Shown here one piece after another: positions 9,426-16,583 of a stretch of 32,000 bases of DNA. Position 1 is the stretch's first letter. Every line of letters starts with the position of its first letter. Origin of the DNA: Cereibacter sphaeroides 2.4.1. Its GTDB lineage: Bacteria; Pseudomonadota; Alphaproteobacteria; Rhodobacterales; Rhodobacteraceae. The notes under the pieces are model-generated. The model worked only from the letters and a program-made list of their open reading frames with translations, searched no databases and was not told the DNA's origin. Both the position numbers and the translations under genes were made by a program. The stretch covers positions 1,530,001-1,562,000 of the forward strand of contig NC_007493.2 in NCBI RefSeq assembly GCF_000012905.2, read 5' to 3'.

Positions 9426-10547
9426 TCATTTCACCGACCCCGCCAGCAGCCCGCGCACGAGGTAGCGCTGCATCGCGAAGAACACGACGATCGGCACCGC
9501 GATCGAGACGAAGGCCGAGGCGGCGAGGATCTCCCAGTCGCCGCCGCGCGATCCCAGCAGCTCGCGCAAGACGCCCGTCATCACCAGCTGCTCGGGCGTG
9601 TTCGACAGGAACACGGTGGCCACCAGAAGGTCGTTCCACGTCCAGAGGAACTGGAAGATCGCAAAGCTCGCCAGCGCCGGAAACGACAGCGGCAGGATGA
9701 TCTTGACGAAGATCTGGAAGTCCGTGGCGCCATCGACGCGGGCGCTCTCGATGATCTCGCGCGGCAGGCCCACCATGTAGTTGCGCAACAGGTAGATCGC
9801 GAGCGGCAGGCCGAAGGCCGAATGGGCGAGCCAGATCCCGAGGTAGTCCTTGCCGATCCCCACCGCATTGTGGAGCTGCAGAAGCGGGATCAGCGCCAGC
9901 TGCAGCGGCACCACCAGAAGCCCCACCACGGCCGCGATCAGAAGCGCCCGGCCGGGAAATTCCATCCAGGCCAGCGCATAGGCCGCAAAGGCCGCCACGA
10001 GGATCGGGATGATCGTGGCCGGGATCGTCACCGTCATGGTGTTGAGGAAGGCGCGGCCGATCCCTTCGGCAAAGAGCACCCGCTCGTAATTGGCGGTCGT
10101 GAAGCGCGGCGCGGTATCGACCGCCACGAAGAGGCGCGGGCCGCGGTCCCCGAAGGGCTGTGCCGCCTCGGCGCGGTAGCTGCCGTCGGCCTCGACCGTC
10201 ACGCGGCCGCCGTTCGAAAGCTCCCCCGTCTCTCCGGCGGCATGGGCGAAGGGTGCGCGCGCCGAGGTGCCGAAGCGGTTCAGCGTCCCCTCCTCGGTCA
10301 GATCGCCCTCCACGATCCAGAGATCGCCGTCCTGCCGCTGCTCGTCCGCCCCGGCGAGCCGCACCACCATGCGCTGTTCCGCCGGGAAGAGCGCGGCCCA
10401 CCAGCCGGTCGCCGCGATCTGGTCGCGGTCGCGGAAGGACGAGACGAGGAGGCCCAATGTGGGCAGCGTCCAAAGGAGGACCAGCGCCACCACGGCCAGA
10501 TGGACCGCCCAGACGAGGCTCGATCGGGTGCCGGCGATGTTGTCCAT
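9426..10547 (-). CDS. Sugar ABC transporter permease (MalG/AglG-like), 373 aa, with a ~129-aa periplasmic insert after TM1
   Basis: This is the C-terminal part of track ORF 9426..11564, trimmed to ATG 10547 (MDNIAGTRSSLVWAV..). The start overlaps the upstream stop as TGATG. The EAA-loop region is ESARVDGATDFQIFVKIILPLSFPAL. Confidence 0.9.
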   Translation of the reverse strand: MDNIAGTRSSLVWAVHLAVVALVLLWTLPTLGLLVSSFRDRDQIAATGWWAALFPAEQRMVVRLAGADEQRQDGDLWIVEGDLTEEGTLNRFGTSARAPFAHAAGETGELSNGGRVTVEADGSYRAEAAQPFGDRGPRLFVAVDTAPRFTTANYERVLFAEGIGRAFLNTMTVTIPATIIPILVAAFAAYALAWMEFPGRALLIAAVVGLLVVPLQLALIPLLQLHNAVGIGKDYLGIWLAHSAFGLPLAIYLLRNYMVGLPREIIESARVDGATDFQIFVKIILPLSFPALASFAIFQFLWTWNDLLVATVFLSNTPEQLVMTGVLRELLGSRGGDWEILAASAFVSIAVPIVVFFAMQRYLVRGLLAGSVK

Positions 10548-11539
10548 CAGCGGGTCTCCTTCCGGGCGTTGGCGATGTTCCAGATCATGATCGGCGTCAC
10601 GAGGACCATGATGACCAGCGCCACGGCCGACGCCCGGCCCGCGTCGTTGCCGCGAAACATCCAGTCGAACATGAGGTTGGCCAGCACCTGCGTGCCCCAC
10701 TGGCCGTTGGTCATGGCCAGCACGATGTCGAAGACCTTGAGTACGAGGATGGTGATCGTGGTCCAGACCACCGCGATCGTGCCCCAGATCTGCGGCACCT
10801 TGATCCTGAGGAAGATCTGCAACGGCGAGGCGCCGTCGAGCACCGCGGCCTCGACCGTCTCCTCGGGGATGCCGCGCAGGGCGGCCGAAAGGATCACCAT
10901 GGCAAAGCCCGTCTGGATCCAGATCAGCACCGCCATCAGGAAGAAGTTGTTCCAGAACGGGATGGCGAGCCAGGTCTGCTCGGTGCCCCCCAGCCCCTCG
11001 ATCACCGCGTTCAGGAGGCCGATCTCCTCGCGCCCCTCGCCGCGATAGTCGTAGATGAATTTCCAGATCACCGAGGCGCCGACGAAGGAAATCGCCATCG
11101 GCATGAAGATCAGCGCCTTCGCGAGGTTGCCCCAGCGGATCCGGTCGGTCAGCGCGGCCGCGACCAACCCGAAGAAGGTCGAGGCGGCGGGCACGACGAG
11201 TAGCCACAGGAAGTTGTTGCGGATCGACTCGCGGAACTTGGTGTCGTTCACCAGCCACTCGTAATTGGCGAGGCCCACGAATTTCTCGCCGCTCGCGTCG
11301 CGCAGCGAGAGCCAGATCGAGACGAAGACCGGATAGACGAGATAGATGCCGAGCAGCAGGATCGCGGGCAGAAGGAAGAGCCAGGGCCGGATCGCGCTCG
11401 CCCGGGAGATGTTGGCGCCGGCCCGGGGACCCCTGGCGGGATAGATCGCATCGAGGATCAGGTTGGCGGCAAAGAAATAGGCCACGCAGCCGAACACCCC
11501 CACCACGATGGTGCCCCCCGCCATCATCAGCTGGTCCAT
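10547..11539 (-). CDS. Sugar ABC transporter permease (MalF/AglF-like), 330 aa
   Basis: ORF track 10547..11539. Multiple TM segments. The EAA-loop region is EAAVLDGASPLQIFLRIKVPQIWG. GGAGGAAGGAGG SD. Confidence 0.9.
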   Translation of the reverse strand: MDQLMMAGGTIVVGVFGCVAYFFAANLILDAIYPARGPRAGANISRASAIRPWLFLLPAILLLGIYLVYPVFVSIWLSLRDASGEKFVGLANYEWLVNDTKFRESIRNNFLWLLVVPAASTFFGLVAAALTDRIRWGNLAKALIFMPMAISFVGASVIWKFIYDYRGEGREEIGLLNAVIEGLGGTEQTWLAIPFWNNFFLMAVLIWIQTGFAMVILSAALRGIPEETVEAAVLDGASPLQIFLRIKVPQIWGTIAVVWTTITILVLKVFDIVLAMTNGQWGTQVLANLMFDWMFRGNDAGRASAVALVIMVLVTPIMIWNIANARKETR

Positions 11540-11584
11540 GCCGCCTCCTTCCTCCCCGCGGCAAGCGCCGCCTCCGGCCCCGGA

Positions 11585-11603
11585 CTGCCCGGGCGCCCGG
11601 CAG
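11585..11603. other. Imperfect GC hairpin in the binding-protein/permease spacer
   Basis: ctgcccgggcgcccggcag, read directly (5 bp, then 3 bp after a bulge). Its position after the SBP gene is typical of intra-operon mRNA-stabilising or attenuating stems. Confidence 0.25.
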
Positions 11604-11615
11604 CCGCCCGCCGCC

Positions 11616-12968
11616 TCACTTGAACGTATCCCAGGTCCGCTGGATGTCGGCGCCCACGCGCTCGGCGCTCTTGCCGCCCATGTAGTCGATCATGCCGGTC
11701 CAGAAGGCCCCCGCCCCCACCGCACCCGGCATCAGGTCCGAGCCGTCGAAGCGAAAGGTCGTTGCATTGAGCAGGATCTCTCCCATCTTGCGCAGCGTGG
11801 GATCCCCGTAGACATCGGTATTCACGCCGGTGAAAGGGGTGAGGAACCCGGTCTGCGCCATCCAGACCTCGTGCGCGATGGGCGTCTTCAGGAATTCGAG
11901 AAAGGCGCGCGCCGCCGGCGTGTCGCGGGTAAGGCCGAAGACCGTGCCCGCCCCCAAGACCGGCTGGCCCAGATCGCGGTCGGCATAGGCCGGCAGATAG
12001 AAGAAATCCGCATCCTCGCCGATCACCGTGCCTTCGGGAAAGAACGAGGGGATGAAGCTCGCCTGCTTGTGCATGAAGCACTGGGGCGGCGCGGAGAACA
12101 GGCCCTTCGGGCTGTCGCGGAAGTCGGTCGCGGCCACGGCATTCGGGCCTCCCGCCACGAAGTCGGGCGTGCGCGCGAACCAACCGAACTCCTCGATGGC
12201 GGCCACCACCTGCGGATCGTCGAACGGGATCCCGTTCGAGGTCCATTGATCGTAAACCTCGGGAGGGTTGATGCGCAGCATCATGTCCTCGACCCAGTCG
12301 GTCGCGGGCCATCCTGTGGCCCCCCCCGAGGCGAGGCCGATGCACCAGGGCGTCACCCCGTCCGCGACCATGCGCTCGGTCAAAGCGCGCAGCTCCTCCA
12401 TCGTCCGGGGGATCTCGTAGCCGAAGTCCGCGAAATTCTCGGGCACATACCAGACGAGCGATTTCACATCGATCTTGTAGAAGAAACCGTAGAGCGCCTC
12501 GGTGCCGTCCCGTCCGGGAAAGGTCCCGAGGCTCACCCAGCTCTCGCCCGCGGCGTAATTCTCGCGCAGCCAGTCGGCTGTCGCCGGATCGAGCGGCGCG
12601 AGCTGGCCCTTCGAGGCCAGATCCCGCGCCAGACCCGGCTGGGGAAAGACCGCTATGTCGGGAGGCGAGCCCGCGCCTGCGTCGATCACGATCTGCTGCT
12701 CGAAATTGTCCGAGCCGTTGTAGGTCACCTCGGCGCCGGTCGCGGCCTCGAAATAGGCGATGACCGAGTCGAACAGAGCCTTGTCCGGCCCCAGCCAGGG
12801 CCCGAGGATCGTCAGCCGCTGCCCGGCGAGATCCTGGCTCTTCAGCGCCTCGAAACTGTCCCAGTGAAAGCGCGCATCCTCGCCCGGGGGGAACCTCAGC
12901 TCCTGCCCCGCAAGCGGGCCGGAAACCAGTGCCAGCGCGGCCGCAATCGCGGGACCCCTCGCCTTCAT
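11616..12968 (-). CDS. Periplasmic sugar-binding protein of the ABC importer (AglE/GgtB-like, family 1 SBP), 450 aa
   Basis: ORF track 11616..13178 trimmed to ATG 12968 (GGAGG upstream). The signal peptide is MKARGPAIAAALALVSGPLAGQ. Length and pattern fit alpha-glucoside-type SBPs (from memory). Confidence 0.88.
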   Translation of the reverse strand: MKARGPAIAAALALVSGPLAGQELRFPPGEDARFHWDSFEALKSQDLAGQRLTILGPWLGPDKALFDSVIAYFEAATGAEVTYNGSDNFEQQIVIDAGAGSPPDIAVFPQPGLARDLASKGQLAPLDPATADWLRENYAAGESWVSLGTFPGRDGTEALYGFFYKIDVKSLVWYVPENFADFGYEIPRTMEELRALTERMVADGVTPWCIGLASGGATGWPATDWVEDMMLRINPPEVYDQWTSNGIPFDDPQVVAAIEEFGWFARTPDFVAGGPNAVAATDFRDSPKGLFSAPPQCFMHKQASFIPSFFPEGTVIGEDADFFYLPAYADRDLGQPVLGAGTVFGLTRDTPAARAFLEFLKTPIAHEVWMAQTGFLTPFTGVNTDVYGDPTLRKMGEILLNATTFRFDGSDLMPGAVGAGAFWTGMIDYMGGKSAERVGADIQRTWDTFK

Positions 12969-13267
12969 CGCGTCCTCCCCACCAGATACACAAGAGACCG
13001 GGCCCGCCCGAATGGGCTGTCGCGGGCTTCTGCCTGCCCCTCCCGTGGCAGGAAAGCCCAACCGCAGGCGGCAGATGCCCGGTTGCCTCGAGGGCGCAAC
13101 GTCGCCCGGCGACCCGCGGTTCCCCTTGCGGCGGAACCGCCGCCGCCGGACGACCGTTCGAGAGGAGCCGGGGATCATCCGTTCCGGCAGGGATCCGGCA
13201 TGCCCCGCCCCGGGGGACCACTCCCGCCCGACCGCAGCCGGCCGCCCCGATCCGCGCGGGCCCCGCC

Positions 13268-13293
13268 GCCCGACAGCCTTGCCCGACAGCCTT
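13268..13293. repeat. Perfect tandem duplication of a 13-nt unit (gcccgacagcctt x2), 13 nt upstream of the beta-glucosidase ATG
   Basis: Read directly from the sequence. Confidence 0.9.
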
Positions 13294-13306
13294 GACGGAG
13301 CCTTCC

Positions 13307-14629
13307 ATGACCTTTTCCCGCGCCGACTTCCCCGCCGATTTCCTGTTCGGGGTGGCCACCTCGGCCTACCAGATCGAGGGCCACGGCGCGGGGGGCGCAG
13401 GACGCACCCACTGGGACGATTTCGCCGCCGCCCCCGGCAACGTGGCTCATGCCGAGGATGGCCGCCGCGCCTGCGACCATTACCACCGGTGGGAGGAGGA
13501 TCTCGATTTCGTGCGCGATGCGGGCTTCGACAGCTACCGCTTCTCGGCCTCCTGGGCGCGGGTGATGCCCGAGGGCCGCGGCACGGTGAATGCCGAGGGG
13601 CTCGACTTCTACGACCGTCTCGTCGACGGCATGCTCGCCCGCGGCCTGAAGCCCGCCCTCACGCTCTACCACTGGGAACTGCCCTCGGCGCTGCAGGATC
13701 TGGGCGGCTGGCGCAACCGCGACATCGCAGGCTGGTTCGCCGATTATGCCGAGGTACTGCTCGGGCGCATTGGCGACCGGGTCTGGTCCACCGCGCCCGT
13801 GAACGAGCCCTGGTGCGTGGCCTGGCTGTCGCACTTCCTCGGCCATCATGCGCCGGGACTGCGCGACATCCGCGCCGCGGCCCGGGCGATGCATCATGTG
13901 CTCCTCGCCCATGGCGCCGCCGTCGAGAGCGCGCGCGGGCTCGGCGTGGGCAATCTCGGCGCGGTCTGCAACTTCGAACATGCGATCCCCGCCGACGGCA
14001 GCGAGGCTTCGGCCGCAGCGACCCGCCGGCACGACGCCCTGATCAACCGCTGGTTCGTCTCGGCCCTCTTCAACCGCCAGTATCCCGAGGAGGCTCTGGA
14101 CGGGATCGCGCCGCACCTGCCCAGCGGATGGGAGAAGGACCTCGACCGCATCGCCCAGCCGCTCGACTGGTTCGGGATCAACTACTACACCCGCAAGCTG
14201 GTGGCGGCCGCACCCGGCCCCTGGCCGGGCCTGTCCGAGGTGGAGGGCCCCCTGCCGCGCACCCGGATGGGCTGGGAGATCCATCCAGAGGGCCTGAGCG
14301 ACATCCTGCTCCGCATTCACGAGGGCTACACCCGCGGTCTGCCGCTCATCGTGACCGAGAACGGCATGGCCGCCGCCGACCGGGTGCAGGCGGGCGAGGT
14401 GCAGGATCCCGACCGCATCGCCTATCTCGAGGGCCATCTCGCCGCGGTGCAGAGGGCCATCGCGCAGGGCGTGCCGGTCCGGGGCTACCATGTCTGGTCG
14501 CTTCTCGACAATTTCGAGTGGGCCTTCGGCTACGACCAGCGCTTCGGTCTGGTTCATGTCGACTTCCAGAACTTGCAGCGCACCCCGAAAGCATCCTATC
14601 ACGCCCTGGCCCGCGCGCTGGCGCGGTAA
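13307..14629 (+). CDS. GH1 beta-glucosidase, 440 aa
   Basis: ORF track 12929..14629 trimmed to ATG 13307 (GGAG 6 nt upstream). The N-terminus is MTFSRADFPADFLFGVATSAYQIEGH. The acid/base motif is NEP (VNEPWCV) and the nucleophile motif is TENG (IVTENGMA). WSLLDNFEWAFGY lies near the C-terminus. Confidence 0.94.
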   Translation: MTFSRADFPADFLFGVATSAYQIEGHGAGGAGRTHWDDFAAAPGNVAHAEDGRRACDHYHRWEEDLDFVRDAGFDSYRFSASWARVMPEGRGTVNAEGLDFYDRLVDGMLARGLKPALTLYHWELPSALQDLGGWRNRDIAGWFADYAEVLLGRIGDRVWSTAPVNEPWCVAWLSHFLGHHAPGLRDIRAAARAMHHVLLAHGAAVESARGLGVGNLGAVCNFEHAIPADGSEASAAATRRHDALINRWFVSALFNRQYPEEALDGIAPHLPSGWEKDLDRIAQPLDWFGINYYTRKLVAAAPGPWPGLSEVEGPLPRTRMGWEIHPEGLSDILLRIHEGYTRGLPLIVTENGMAAADRVQAGEVQDPDRIAYLEGHLAAVQRAIAQGVPVRGYHVWSLLDNFEWAFGYDQRFGLVHVDFQNLQRTPKASYHALARALAR

Positions 14630-14647
14630 GCCAGTCCGGAGAACGCC

Positions 14648-15601
14648 ATGGCCGACGCGCCCCTTTGCCTCGTCGCCGACATCGGTGGCACGAACACCCG
14701 CGTGGCGCTGGCGGAGGGATCCCGGCTGCGGCCCGAAACGACGCGCCGCTTCCGGAATGCCGATTATCCTGCTCTGGCGCCGGTCCTGCGCGACTTCCTC
14801 TCCGTCGCCGGCAGCCCCGAGATCGACGGCACCTGCGTGGCCGCCGCGGGCCCGGTCCGGGACGGGGTGGCCCTTCTCACGAACCTCGCCTGGACCGTCG
14901 ACGGCGCCGAACTGCAGCGCGCGACCGGCGCGCCGCGCGTGGCGGTGCTGAACGATCTTCAGGCGCAGGGCCATGCGCTGGGCCATCTGGATCCGGCCAA
15001 TCTGCGCGTCCTGATCCCGGGGCCTACTCCCCGCCGCGGGGGCCCGATGCTCGTCGTGGGCGTCGGCACCGGCTTCAACGCGGCGCCCGTCCACGATGTC
15101 GCGGGCCTGCGCCTGGTGGCGGCCTCCGAGTGCGGCCATGCCGGGATGCCCGTCCGCACCGCGCGCGACCTCCGGCTCGCGGAATTCGTCCAGACGGCCC
15201 ACGGTTTCGCCGGCGTCGAGGATGTGCTGTCGGGCCGCGGTCTCGAGCGGCTCTATGCCTTCACCGCCGCTGAGGCCGGCCTCGAGGACCGCAAGTCGGC
15301 GGCCGAGATCATGGCGGCCATCGCCGAACCCGGCCCGGCGCGCGCCGCGGCCGAGCTCTTCGCCCGGCTCCTCGGCGCCGAGGCGGGCAATCTCGCCCTG
15401 ATCCACCTGCCCTTCGGCGGCCTCTATCTCTGCGGCGGCGTGGCCCGGGCCTTCGCCGCCCATCTGGGCCCGATGGGCTTTGCCGAGAACTTCCGCGACA
15501 AGGGCCGCTTCTCGGCCTTCATGGACGATTTCCCGGTCTGCATCGTCGAGGACGATTACGCGGCCCTCACCGGCTGCGCAGCCTACCTCGCCACCCTCTG
15601 A
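14648..15601 (+). CDS. glk: Glucokinase (Glk family)
   Basis: ORF track 14648..15601. ATP-binding N-terminus LVADIGGTNTRVAL, and ..GGLYLCGGVA.. further along. It starts 18 nt after the beta-glucosidase gene, with a GGAGA SD. Confidence 0.9.
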   Translation: MADAPLCLVADIGGTNTRVALAEGSRLRPETTRRFRNADYPALAPVLRDFLSVAGSPEIDGTCVAAAGPVRDGVALLTNLAWTVDGAELQRATGAPRVAVLNDLQAQGHALGHLDPANLRVLIPGPTPRRGGPMLVVGVGTGFNAAPVHDVAGLRLVAASECGHAGMPVRTARDLRLAEFVQTAHGFAGVEDVLSGRGLERLYAFTAAEAGLEDRKSAAEIMAAIAEPGPARAAAELFARLLGAEAGNLALIHLPFGGLYLCGGVARAFAAHLGPMGFAENFRDKGRFSAFMDDFPVCIVEDDYAALTGCAAYLATL

Positions 15602-15623
15602 CCGCTCTCGGGCGGCACGTCCC

Positions 15624-15648
15624 CGTCCGCGCCATGTCCGGGCGGACG
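15624..15648. terminator. Hairpin (7-bp stem cgtccgc/gcggacg, 11-nt loop) after glk
   Basis: Read directly. A weak candidate with no U-tract. Confidence 0.25.
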
Positions 15649-15697
15649 TAACGCAGACCGCCAAACCTGCCGCTCCCCCCGCCGGACAGTCCGCCCG

Positions 15698-15748
15698 CTT
15701 TCACTCTGCGCAAATATCCTCGGGGGTCCGGGGGCAGACAGCCCCCGG
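15698..15748. repeat. REP-like dispersed intergenic element, copy 1 (conserved box CTTTCACTCTGNNCAAATATCC plus an 8-bp GC hairpin at 15728-15748)
   Basis: It aligns by eye to 29935-29986. Box identity is about 27/31. The hairpin ccgggggc-agaca-gcccccgg corresponds to gcgggggc-gcgaa-gcccccgc in copy 2. It lies between the convergent glk and coxM-like genes. Confidence 0.65.
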
Positions 15749-15787
15749 CGGCCGGCCGAAGCGCATCCTCGGCCGCATTGCTCCGTC

Positions 15788-16573
15788 TCAGGCCGCCGCG
15801 ACCGCCCGTTTCGTCAGCACCTTCACCAGATGCGCGCGGTAAGCCGGTGTCCCGTGCAGATCGCCGAGCAGCCCTTCCGCGGGAAGGATCAGATCCTCCA
15901 CCGCCTCGGGCCGGAAATCGGCCGACAGAGCGCTCTCCGCCTCGGTCCAGCGGAAGACCCCATCCTCGCCCGCTCCCGTCACCGCGACCCGCACCCCATC
16001 GGCAAATTGCGCCACGAACACGCCCACGAGCGCGAAGCGCGAGGCGGGCTGCGCGAATTTCATGTAGGCCGCCCGCTCCGGCAGGGGAAAGCGGACCGAA
16101 GTGACGATCTCGCCCTCCTCCAGCGCCGTGGTGAAGAGGCCCTGGAAGAAGTCCTCGGCCGCGATCTCGCGCCGGTCGGTGACGATGGTGGCCCCCGATG
16201 CCAGCGCCGCCGCCGGATAGCAGGCGGCAGGATCGTTGTTGGCAAGGCTGCCTCCGATCGTGCCGCGTGCCCGCACCGACGGGTCGCCGATCTCGCCCGC
16301 GAGCCAGGCCAGCGCCGGATAATGCGCCTTCGCCTCGCGCGCCACCACCCCGTGCGGCGTGGCGGCCCCCACGACGAGGCCGTCGTCGCCGCGGCAGACC
16401 CCCTTCATCTCGGCGATGTCGGCGAGGCTCACCAGCCGTTCGGGCGCCGCCAGCCGCTGCTTCATCGAGGGCAGCAGCGTCTGCCCGCCGGACAGCGCCT
16501 GTGCGCCCTCCGATCCGAGGGCCGCCACCGCTTCCGCCACCGACGAGGGTTTCACCAGGTCGAAATTGTGCAT
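15788..16573 (-). CDS. Molybdenum hydroxylase FAD-binding medium subunit (CoxM-like)
   Basis: ORF track 15788..16573. Motifs: ALSGGQTLLPSMKQRL and GTIGGSLANNDPAACYPAA. Confidence 0.9.
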   Translation of the reverse strand: MHNFDLVKPSSVAEAVAALGSEGAQALSGGQTLLPSMKQRLAAPERLVSLADIAEMKGVCRGDDGLVVGAATPHGVVAREAKAHYPALAWLAGEIGDPSVRARGTIGGSLANNDPAACYPAAALASGATIVTDRREIAAEDFFQGLFTTALEEGEIVTSVRFPLPERAAYMKFAQPASRFALVGVFVAQFADGVRVAVTGAGEDGVFRWTEAESALSADFRPEAVEDLILPAEGLLGDLHGTPAYRAHLVKVLTKRAVAAA

Positions 16574-16583
16574 GATCCCCTCC

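Noticed and set aside
8823-11048. 741-aa plus-strand ORF across the ABC transporter genes
   Set aside because: It is antisense to three well-supported minus-strand genes with clear ABC motifs. Its product is Arg/Asp/His/Pro/Gly-rich low complexity. This is a typical mirror ORF in high-GC DNA, where stop codons are rare in the antisense frame.
9426-11564. Reading 9426..11564 as one 712-aa fused permease
   Set aside because: The N-terminal 339 residues are Arg/Gly/Pro junk overlapping the AglF-like gene, which lies in another frame. A clean ATG at 10547 (TGATG junction) starts a normal MalG-like protein.
14686-14701. Exact TGGCACG heptamers at 14686 (glk), 26482 (antisense in glgX) and 17928-17934 (minus strand, in coxL)
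   Set aside because: All are inside coding sequence. They either lack a properly spaced TTGC/GC element or are simply codons (e.g. GGTNTR, HGTLMAG). They are useful mainly as a warning that partial sigma-54 matches arise by chance in this DNA.
13175-15664. 829-aa minus-strand ORF opposite beta-glucosidase and glucokinase; also 13012..15273 (+), out of frame
   Set aside because: The GH1 and Glk frames carry catalytic motifs and proper SDs. These alternatives are Arg/Gly/Pro-rich junk.
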